Below are positions 26,732 through 38,092 of a DNA stretch of 64,000 nt, in pieces. The stretch is from Hormiphora californensis (Eukaryota > Animalia > Ctenophora), in contig CM035357.1 in the NCBI GenBank assembly GCA_020137815.1, positions 8,184,001 to 8,248,000 on the forward strand. Reading direction: 5' to 3'. Each line of letters opens with the position of its first letter. Position 1 is the stretch's first letter. The position numbers and the translations under genes are program-made. A model generated the notes under the pieces. The model was not told where the DNA came from and ran no database searches. It worked only from the letters and a program-made list of their open reading frames with translations.

Positions 26732-26867
26732 ACACCACATGGGCCCGGGCATCCAAACTAATATTTAATTGGTTTTTGGACATAATTATAATTATAATAT
26801 ATAATTAGTCTGACAAAAGGTGGATTGAAATTCAGTTTGACAGGACGCTAATTATCCTTTTTTTCAG

Positions 26868-29800
26868 GAATCAAAACGTTGGGAGCATACCTGGGCACAT
26901 GCCACCAAGAATCCTTCTAGAGTGCCTCTTCTACAGCTCTCTAAAAATGAATCTTCACTGGAAGATTGGGAGGAAGTACATCCAATTACAGCAGATACCT
27001 ATACTTTTCCTCAATCAACTGAAGAGGCCGCCCCCCAATTTATAAGACGAACCAAAGCTATGTTATCTCACTCAGCTCCAAGCAACAAGTCGCATATTAC
27101 ACTACCTGTCACAATGACATTCGAACAAGGCTCTCAAAACCATGCTAATTTCGTGCCACATATAAACGAGGAGTTATCAAGTTGTTTTAGCCAAATGTCC
27201 ATCGACTGGGAACACGCTGCACAATTATTAAACTCCGATATTTCTCCACTGAAAAAGGCTAATGGCGACCCACTGAACTTAAAACAATCTAACCAGAAAA
27301 AAGAAACAGAAAGTCCACCTGTTGAGCCTACCATACCAGTCAAAAGTACCCCACTCAAAAAAGCTACATTTGTGTACATTTCCAATACAGGCTCCCCTCT
27401 AGTTCCATCTATTGCGACCCCGATTAAGTCTGCTCCAGTAGATCCGGCAATAGCGGCCATATTTGAGAGCAGTACCCTGGTTTCTCCTTGCAAAAAGCAA
27501 GTATGCCGGCCCTCACAACGGATACCTCGGAGAGTATCACTGGTCAAACTGGCGGATAACTGCTCATTAAACTTTATAAAGAGTCCTTCTCCCACTAGTG
27601 CACGTGAGATGGGTAGAAAATTGTTTTCAGGAAAGCATGACTGGAGCAATGTTGAAACAGTTCGTGATGCGAGTACAGATACAACGCCTAAGAAAAACAA
27701 GACTGCTGTAAAAGCACAGTCAATAACCTCTTGGAAAAATTGCCTAAAAAATCTCAAGGATTATCCATTTTTTAGCATCAATCAACAGCAACTCAAAATT
27801 GCTGAAACGAGTAATGTTATTTCAGATAGGTTCACGACAAATGAAACCTCTAGAGTGTCTCCTAAATCTGTTTTCTTGAAAGAAATCGTCCAAGATTCAA
27901 CCGATGAGACAACGGGTGATGCGGAAAAAATACCATCTGTCTCGCAATGGCCAATTGATAACCCCAGTGATAGCCATATTTTCAAGACTCCATCCGAATG
28001 GGCGGTCTCAGAATCAGCTGTAAAACCATTTTTGTCGCCAGCTAAACAACCATTGGATCTAAGTTGTCCTTATGATCCTAGCGAAACTGGATGTTATTCT
28101 ACCGATATTGAACATTCAACCGAGGTTATCCCAGCTCCAGTTCATGATGGCAGTGCAAAGATTGTTGATGAAAAACAGGAAGATATCAGTAAAAAGTCTT
28201 CTATAACAGTTAACCTTACCAAACTTCTAAGTTGTGAGGAGATTTCAAAGGAGATATCATCTAGCCCATATCTACTGGAAAAACTCAATGACCCATCTAA
28301 ACAATGTCCTAGAGCTTCGATTTCTGACACCTACCAATCATCTATCTCCGAGTCTGCTTCAAAAATATCGTCCAATAACTCCCCGAAAAATACACTCACT
28401 ATGTTAGCAGATTCTGTTATGGGAAATATACAGAGTTTTGTTGACACTACCGGAGAGGAAACACTGGATTTTGAAGCAGGCGATGACATTACATCCTACA
28501 AACATAAGAACGTAATGATCGGATATGGAAAGGAATTTTTGGATGAAGGGGAAGTTTTTTCTTCCGATGAAGAAGGTGAACTGAAAATACTCAACGGAGA
28601 AAAAGAGGAAGAGGTAACAGTCAGCAGGGAAAAGAGAGATAAAAGTATGTCAAACGAATGGAATAAAATATTAAAGCAAGAGAGAATTTTTCAGACGGAT
28701 CTGAAATTGAGTAATACGCTCGTAGGAACTAAAAATCCAGAATACACAGATAAAGAGTTGTCAGAAACAAAGAAAATTGCAAAGTGTTTGAAATCCCATA
28801 CTCACGTCGTGACTACTACACAATCAAAAATCAGATCTGTATTACAATTACCTTGTGGTAATTCGGAACTAACTCCTTTGCATTCAATAGAAGATGTATG
28901 TTATGTATCGGAAGTAGATCCATTGCCTATGACGCAGATGACCAATCTACCATGTTTATTGGAAGTACCTCACTTGGCTATAAATATGCGTCTAGGCCAT
29001 CCATCAGAACTACCCCCACAAAAATGTTCTGTGACACAAGCTCTCATATGTGAAGATGCGCTTTCGAACCCCGATTCCTTGACTTCTTCAGTGAATGACT
29101 TCCCTGAAATGCGGGCAAGTAAGCTTAATGAAAGCGATAAAGTTTGTAGCTCGTCAAATTTGTTGCTATGCAAAGATTCTCTGGTTTGCTCATCTTCTTC
29201 TGCCGATAGAACTGTTCCGCTGAATGAACCTGCATCTAATGTAACTTTAGTGGGTAAGGTGACAACGGATGACTGGATTGCTGGGTCACAAATAGTGCCG
29301 GGTGAGCTCGCCAGTTTTTGGAAACAACAAACTAATAATATTTCATCTGAAAATGCCATCGATCCCGTTTCTGGGATGGAATTTCATCCAAAAAATTTAG
29401 CTGCAGGTCAGCAGCCTAGACGAAGACTCTCTCTACATGACTATGTAAATCGAAAAAAAGCTCTACAGTCTGGCACAAAACAACTAAATGAGAATGTAGC
29501 CAGTGCAAGTGCTGCGGCGGTGGTTTGTGAGTCAGAATTTGTGAGCATAAAGAAGGTTGGTAAGAAAACAGATATGACAGCAACTTTAAACTTCCACCAT
29601 TTAATCCCAATTCATGTTCCGCCCATTGAGTTCACTTATCTAAGACGGGTCCCAGTAATACAGGATATGCTGATTAATGAGATTGTAAATGGAGTAAATT
29701 TTGGTGGTTTTGTTTCGCAAAATTTGCTCCCCAGCCGTGCAGGTGGAAGGTGGACGACGACAAATCAGCTCAATTGTGATAAAAGCCGGGTTAATGACAA

Positions 29801-31587
29801 GAAGACTTGGGGGTCAGTAAGAAGGGGCAAAATCGATGCAAGACGTGAAGAAGAGGATACAGTTATAGAAAACGTGGTACCATTTGACGATTATCAAGGA
29901 AAAGATCAGCTTGAATCAAATTTATCAACTTTGGTCCCTTCCTGTGTTTTAGAATCCCATCCCCCTCAACAGCGGAAAAAATTGAATGGCCAACCAGAAA
30001 TTCTGGACGAGGAATCGAGCGATTTTTTTCATATGGTTTGTATACCGAAAGTGAAACGTGTAACAGATACTTACATGTCTGATCAAACGATTTTAGATTC
30101 GTACGGCACGGGAAGAGATGCCTTTGAAGTAGGAAAACTGATTCGACGGAGTATTAGATCTGCAGATGGAAATGATATTCGGGAGTTTCCAAGCGACTTT
30201 CCCAGATTTGTCCCTCTTTCCTTAAAACATTCAAACGTCGGGCAAGCATCATCAGGAAACGAAGAAATGTCTACATTAAAAAAAATGCTATCTTCCCCAA
30301 CATCTAAGTCTAAGTTACATATACAACACTCATCCACGGTAACTTTACCATTATCCGTCGGCAAATATGCGATCAAAGATATGTCATCACCTTGTTCGGG
30401 GGTTTCGATATCACCCGGAAGTATAGATGTTACTTGTGATGAGATTTCTGGTAAAGAAGTTCAGGTACCTGTTGTTACAAGCCCGCAGTCTAGGACCCAA
30501 GACCAGACACAACCTTTAGACAACATAAACTCTGTAAACACAACCGTTATGGAACAGGAAAAAGATTCTAGCACGCCACAACCGTTGCCTCAAGAAGTTA
30601 CCTCAAGTGAATCTATTCGTCTATTTCTTTTAGACAATTTGGACGCCACCCCAAAGGAATCTATCTTTACTCGACGACGTAAGCAGCAAATGGAATCTTC
30701 TGTCATTGGGAAGCGGGAGAGAAGTATGACATCTGTTACTCCGCTAGCTGAAGTTGTTGCAACAGATTTAAAAAATCTTGATCAAGTAGGGAAGGAACAA
30801 AACACAGAATCGAATGGATATTCACATATAAAGGGGAAAAGCCAAGAACTCGGGAAAGGTCTTTTAAAAATAGATCAAGGAAAACAGGGACAGATGATAC
30901 AAAAGACCAGAAAGCGCCGTAAAACTGACTCTCCAGATAAAGGAGTAACTGACCTTCGTTCCCTGTTGAAGAATCGCAATAAAAGTCCCAGTAACTGTAC
31001 ATCAACAGGAAAGCCACATTGTAAAAGATCCAAAAACTCTGGAAAGGGTGATTTAATATCCATTTTTTCTGACTTTCGTGGCCAACTATTTGATCCAGTT
31101 GAAGTACTGAGGATAAATCGAGGGGTAAAGGATCTTACATACGATACATCAAAATCTTGTGAAACCTTAAATGAGTGGCTAGATAAATGGAGGGAGATAG
31201 CTGAACCACGAATACGTGAGCTTGCGGATATGAGGCATTTGTTGTTTGAAAAAAATAATTCGTTACCATTGACAGACAAATCAATGAAAAGGCTTACAAA
31301 ACAAAGATCAGGTTTTGGCTGGAAAGAGAGCATACCTGACTCCACTTATCAAAAACGTATGGGATTGATAGGTGTAGCTAATTGTATGAAAACCGTCGAG
31401 TCCTTTAACATCTCTACTACTGATAGATCAGTTAATCCCCTCTTAAAAAGGCGTGAAATATACAACTACAAGAAAAAGGGGAAGGTGCTAGCACCTAAAG
31501 TGTGGGAAGAGAGTCTTGATATTGCTAATGATGCAGACGGCGTAAAACAGAAACGGAAAGGAAAGAATGTCCTTGATTTTATGATAG
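26868..31587 (+). CDS. LSM11: Giant coding exon C (4,720 nt): disordered region ending in an LSm11 N-terminal-like segment
   Basis: Acceptor ccttttttttcag in frame with the 1560-aa ORF; donor ATAG|gtgagt. Contains SDFRGQLFDPVEVL...YDTSKSCETLNEW (31068-31178), NLS-like KTRKRRK and terminal KNVLDFMI. Confidence 0.88.
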
Positions 31588-32000
31588 GTGAGTTTAATTG
31601 TTAACATTTCTTTAACAGGGGTTTCAGGAGCAGTAAGCACCTCGATTTTTAAAATTTTGATTAGAATCGCTAATTTTTTCTGGTGGTGATCAATGGGCTA
31701 AAGAATAACTGCATTATGTTTCATAATGCTATGTTTCCCCGCCAACCTTTATTTTCATAACCATCTAATGGGAAGGAGGGACAGGCGTTTCCGATCATTT
31801 ATGAATCAGTCAAACCGTATAGAACAAATCTTTGTGTTTTGGTAGCACTAAATTGCGCGCCTCACATTTCCTGAAAACGTGCCATTGAAGTATTTGATGA
31901 AGGAGCAACATCGTTGTCCCTCGCAACTGAGCGGGTTACGTTACAAAAAAGCGTGACACTTCACTAGTATGTAAAATAAAATTGTCGAATTCTAAATAGT

Positions 32001-32170
32001 ACATAACTCCCTCCTGCGCAGGCATCTAATCAATAGACGCACTGCAGAGCAGTGCGTCTATTGAGCTGTAATGCACGGGTCCCGAAGGGACCGTGCATTA
32101 CAGCCCTGTAAATCCCGAGCGTCAGCGAGGGGTTTACAGGTATATCTGCACGCAAGGGAGGGAGTTATGT
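32001..32170. repeat. Inverted-repeat-bounded cassette of three abutting hairpins
   Basis: acataactccctcc / ggagggagttatgt enclose stems at about 32030-32064, 32065-32104 and 32105-32140. Confidence 0.75.
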
Positions 32171-33469
32171 TCTATAGACCCCGCTGGCGGGCACCTAGAA
32201 GCAAAACAAGCACAAGTTAGGTGGTTGACACACAGAGAGCTCACACAAAACGGGTCAAACAGTTGGAAATGAAGCTACAGAGTGCCTCTCTACATTCCTA
32301 CACATTCGTAACAATCGTCAAAACAGTTTCAAAGGGTGGAATGCAGAGAGAGATTACAGTTAACTGTGGGTCATGAGCAACAGTTGCAACAGACTGGCGG
32401 GCGCCAAATCTAGACAGAGAGCGTTGTAGGTTGTACACACACTCCCTCTTGTGTTACCAAGTCATTTTATCGTGTTTCCAGTGATTCTTTGTGATCTTTA
32501 CACAAATCTGTCAGAGGGCGACGGGCGTGCGTCTATCGAGACACAAACTCACGGCAGTGCACGGCCCAATAGACCAGTGCAAATTGTTTGAGCGTGCCGT
32601 GCGTCTATTTGAGCCGGCGGGGTCTATACCCCTATGCCTTTTTACAAAAGGCATCCAGGTGAATGCCTTCGGCATTCACCGGGCGGGGAAAAAATCAACA
32701 CTGCAAATTTTTTTTGAAATTGAACTTAATTAAGCGTAGCAGCAACGCGACTTAAGTTTTTGGGCATGCGTGTGTGCCTGGCAGACCCCATTTTAGTGAC
32801 TTTGATGGTCGAAAACCTTGCTAGCCGATCCGGAATACAACTTATGGTCTAAAACGCTTAGTTTTTGAGTTATGGGCGATTTAGTGAACTGTGACGTCAC
32901 GCGTTTAATGATAGGTATGCCAATTACAGCTAATTGGACTGTTCTAGTGATTTTAAACCAAACCATCCGCTCCGGAATGGCCATGTTTATATATGACTTA
33001 TGAAGCAACATATAGCCTAAAATGCTTAGGTGATTTTCTGTTTGGGCAAAATAGGAATATTAATGAATTGAATTAATGATTTGATTTTTAGCCCATTTGT
33101 CACCACCAGAAAAAAAGGAGGCCATTTTTTAAGGGGCTCCTGAAACTCCCTAGTCTCTGAAGTTCCCTGGTTGAATTCGCGGTCAAACCCAGTATTTTTC
33201 CCTGCCCGGGTGAATCCCGTAGGCGTTCACCCGGATGTTTTTTAGCAAGCACGTGCTATGGACATTGGGTATATTCTAGTAGTACTATAATCCCTGGAAA
33301 ATGACCAAGGCGGTTCGGTATGCACGTTACTGACCTAGTTTCAGGAGCATAGCAAGCAGGAAACGCGAGTTACAACTGATACCATGCCTCCACTGTGTGC
33401 GGCTGGGTTGGTTTTAGATAGGCCCTAAATTTTTCCACAACTCCTAGATTAAAATTTTTTCTGAACAAA

Positions 33470-34400
33470 ATGACACCAGTGAAAAGTCTCTAAACCATTC
33501 TTAAGTGGCTATAGCCATACAGCCAAAAAACGGCTATGCGCAAAACCTAATTATCCAATAACCTAATTAACCAGATAAGATAGAGACTTAATTTCAGCAC
33601 CTATGCCCACGAATGCGAGGACGCTACACACTCTAGAGCCCTAGATTTATTCTCTACTCCTTTTAAGGCAGGGAAATGTTGTCGAAAATAGCCTGAACCT
33701 AGAAATCATTAGGGGCAAGCTAATTTTTGCACAATCCGATAGTCAATAGGCCCCAGGACAAAGAAGCTCAAAATCGGACTTTTTACCGTTTTTGCTCATT
33801 TTCAGCATCTTTGAATCCAAATAACGGCTAAACGGTTGGAGATAGAGCTTAAAAGTTCAAGCACGACACCCCATAACTTAGCTATTGGCTACAAAATGGC
33901 ACCAGTGAAAAGTCTCTAAACCATTCCCAAGTGGCTATAGCCATATGGCCAAAAACGGCTATTTGCGGATATAATTATCCAATTATCGAATTAACCAGAC
34001 GAGATAGAGACTTAATTTCAGCACCTACTCCCACTAATTCGAGAACGCTGAACACTTTAGTACCCTTGGTTTTGTCTCTACTCCTTTCCTAACATGGCTA
34101 CAGCCATATGGCCAAAAACGGCTATGTGCAGAGCTAATTATCTAATTAACCAGACGAGATAGAGACTTAATTCCAGCACCTACCCCGACTAATGCGAGGA
34201 CGCTGGACACTTAAGTGCCCTCGGTTTTTCCTCTACTCTTTTGCTAAGACGATTTGCGATTTAATTGATGACTACAAATACACTGTAATCAATTAGGGCA
34301 CTTCCCCCAACACTTGGGCTTGAAACTTTTTTGGTGGTCCAGGGGCCTATTGACTATCGGATTGTGCAAAAATTAGCTTGCCCCTAATGATTTCTAGGTT
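33470..34400. repeat. Repeat cluster: three related ~150-180-bp units and a ~58-bp inverted pair; related to 5830-6030 in reverse
   Basis: gtggctatagccat...gagatagagacttaatt repeated; the arm at about 33697-33755 is inverted at about 34343-34400. Confidence 0.65.
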
Positions 34401-34640
34401 CTAACAACAATTCCCTGCATTATTTCCTAAGATGGTTTTTGTTTTTTCTTCCATGCTAGAAATACATGTAATTACATACAGTGAAGGTTTTTGTGCGCTC
34501 AGTGCGTGCACGCTCCCGATCATCATGGCTTTTTTTGGGTATACTAGACACCTATCCGGACCTACTGGTGAAAAAATTAGCTTGTTGCAAATTTTGCCCA
34601 AGATTTGGCCCTTACGTCCTTAGTACACCCTAACTACTAA

Positions 34641-35213
34641 AACGTTTTCATGGACATATTTCGACGCAGAATAGTCAATTTATGGGGGGGTCGTCCCCCC
34701 GACAAAAAGTCGTATCTCGCACCGTTTAGCCGTTATTTGCATATTTATGCACATATTCATGATTTAATGCATATTCTGAATATTTCCACTTCAGTTGGTC
34801 CTAGAACGTTTTCATGGACATATATTTCGACGCAGAGTAGTCGATTTATGGGGGGTCATCCCCCAGACAAAAAGTCGTATCTCGCGCGCACCGTTTAGCC
34901 GTTAGTTGCATATTTATGCACCGATTCACGATTTGATGCATATTCTGAATATTTCTACTTCAGCTAGTCCTAGAACTTTTTTATGGACATATTTCGACGT
35001 AGAATAGTCGATTTACGGGGAGTCGTCCCCCGGATAAAAAGTCGTATCTCGCACCGTTTAGCCGTTATTTGCATATTAATTATGCACCGATTCATGATTT
35101 AATGCATATTCTGAATTTTTGCACTTCAGCTGATCCTAGAACGTTTTCATGGACATATTTCGACACAGAATAGTCGATTATTGGGGATTCGTCCCCTCGA
35201 CAAAAAGTCGTAT
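34641..35213 (+). repeat. About 166-bp tandem repeat, ~3.5 copies; dispersed monomers at about 18660, 19575, 40475 and 63575
   Basis: Unit ttttcatggacatatttcgacgcagaatagtc...aaaaagtcgtatctcgcaccgtttagccg. Confidence 0.88.
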
Positions 35214-35374
35214 TAAACAGAATTAAACAGAATTAATCAATTAAAGATCATAACACTAATACTGTGTTGTTAGATCCTAATTCCTTAAGTTAGGTCCCTA
35301 GGCTAAATTCCGATTGACGACCCTCCTTCAATGTAAAAAATGTAATAAAAAAAGAAACATGATAAAACACACTA

Positions 35375-35560
35375 ACACGCACACACACACACACACCCAC
35401 TCACACACACACACACACACACACCCACACACACGCATAGCCATACACACACATACACACTCACACTCACTCACACGCACCCACGCACCCACACACACAC
35501 ACACACACAAAGAGAAACACACAAAGACGTACCCACATACCCACACAAATAACACACACA
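35375..35560. repeat. Imperfect (CA)n microsatellite
   Basis: Direct reading. Confidence 0.9.
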
Positions 35561-38092
35561 AACTACCACGTTCGCAAAAGACCGTAAATAATACACGCTC
35601 CATACACTGACACTTTCTTCACCAAACATGACTAATAGCGTCAGTGGAATGGCTCTTCACCGGGCATGGCATGGCGCCAGTGGGGCCGGCATTGGCTGAG
35701 CCTGGGACTTTTGCATATGCTAGCAGTTTGGTATTCGTTCGCTGTGTGAAAGGCATGAAGTGATTGTGTGGTTTGACTTCGTTGGCGTGGGGTTTCGTTG
35801 GGGTGTCAGATTTTGATGCAGGGTCTTGACTTGGTCCGAGTTCCGTGGTGCAGCAGGATGTCTGATGTTGTTGGCTTTACGCAGGAATACCGCAGTTTCC
35901 CAGGGGTGATCCTTGAAGAGACATCTCATCCGGACTGCATGAAGCTAAGGCTTATCTGTAGATAGATGTTGATTCCTAATGACGTCGTACCCTGGGCAAT
36001 GCAATAGTACATGTTCCTCATCCTCCGTGATTGTCTCGTGTGAGGGGAGTTGAGAGATGAGCAGGAAAGTAAGGGTATCCTCCGTGGTGCAGATGGGGCA
36101 GGCTCTTTTCTTTATCAGTGTGTCCTCTGTCCTTGTGCTTTCCCTGTATTTTTGTTGTCTCCCTACTTCAATGTTGAATCGGTGAGCACTGCACCTTAGT
36201 CTTGCTATCCATTTAGATAGGTCACGTTCGAGGTCAAGATATTCTTCTGGGTAAAATGATGTTTTCACCGTATTGTACAATTCCATTTCCCTGTTTGTAG
36301 TGCGATCCCTTTTCCAACTGGTGGTGAATGTATCTTCCTTGTCGAGACGGCTCATGGCGAGTACTTGAGTAACCCGGTCCAGCTCCAGCAATTCTTGCTC
36401 CTTCAGAGCATAAACCACTAACGGGGTGGAAGTATCATGGCTGTCACAGTTTTCCATGTCTTTGATACGGTTGAAGGCGCCCACAATCGCCCTATACCGC
36501 AACGCTGGGGGCCCGAGTGTGTATTCCCAACGCCATCTTGCAGAATGATAGATGCAATCGTTCCAAGGGCGATTTGGCTATGATCTTCAAATTCAGTGAG
36601 TCTTTGCTTATAATTGACTTCCAGGATGTGTGCGGGAGCCATACTTGAGAGCAGTAGCTAGCCACGGGAAGGACTAGTGAGTCGAAAAGTTTCAGCGCTG
36701 TGCGGGGACTTATCGCCGAGAAATCAATTTGTTTCTTCAAGGCGAATACAGCTCTGAGGGCTTTTTGCTTGAGCTTAGCTTCATTCAGCTTAAATGATCC
36801 ATTGAGAGTGAAGGTTACACCCAGGTAGCAATATGTTTTTGCGGAGGGTATTCTCTGTCCCTTGAATGTAAATCTTTCACTTTCTTTTAGTTTGACTGCC
36901 GATTTGTTGAATACCATGACTTCTGTTTTCTTGAGGTTTACGGAGAGCCCCCATTCCTCACAGTATTCCTCTAGTACATCGATGAGTCGTTGGAGGCTGG
37001 CAGGGTTTAAAGCCATCAGAACCAAGTCGTCGGCCCACAGGAGGTGAGAAATGTATTCCCCCGCCAAGGATGGTGATGAAGAAGCCTCTTCCCTGTTGAG
37101 TCTTACCGAGAGCTCGTGTACGTAGATCTTAAAGAGCTCAGGACTTAGAGGGTGACCCTGTTCTGTACCAGTGTACCGATGTTAACCTCTATAGTCTCTG
37201 TGAGCTTACCAAGGAGTTTTATCTTGGCTGCAGATCCAGTATACATATCCTTGAGTACACCAAAGAACCGGCCACGCACGCCGTATTGATAGAGTTTATA
37301 CAGTAGGGCCTCCCTGCACACGGTGTCAAAGGCTTTGGAGTAGTCTACAAACACCGTGTACAGGCGAGATTTTTGCTGGATGTATTTATCTATGGTTGTC
37401 TTCAGGGTTAGGACATGGTCAGCGGTTTGCTCTCCTTTACAGAACCCCAGTTGATTCGGAAGATCTGGTACTTCAATAGAGCGGAAATCCAGAAGCCTAT
37501 CCAATAGAATCCCAGAGAATAGCTTTCCAAGGTTGCTTGCTACTGCCACTGCTCTGTAAGTTGTTGGGATCATACCTACTGCCTTTCTTATGTAGCGGGG
37601 TAACGAGTGATTCTTTCCAGGGATAACACTGGTTTCGAAGACATTGGTTAAACAGGTTAGTTGTCGCCTCCATGACTTCGGGACTGCTTGCTTTCAGAAA
37701 CTCATTGGAAATCTGGTCCTCAGCCACTGCTTTTCCGTCCCTGAGTCTCCTTGTTACAGCTGCTACTTCTTCTACTGACACATCCCTATTGAGAGCTTCA
37801 TCTAGATCCTCTGATATGGGTTCCTCGCATGGCGTATCCCAGCACAAAGCTTGTTCCTTTCCTGACAGAGCGGCTGGTGGGGGCTGCTTGGCGTAGAGTT
37901 TCTTGAAGAACTTGCAGAAGTTTTTCATGTCGAACGCGTCCAGCTTGCTATCCAAGGGTGCAAAGCTCTTCAACTTCTTGAGATTTTTCCAGTCGATGTT
38001 ACCATCATCGATATCTTGGGAGAGTTCTCTGATGTAGCGTCTCTTTGTGTTTCTTACCAACCTTCTGTGATCCTTTTTCGCTGTGAATAGTT

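Noticed and set aside
27134-31345. Several minus-strand ORFs within exon C
   Set aside because: Antisense shadows of the long + strand reading frame.
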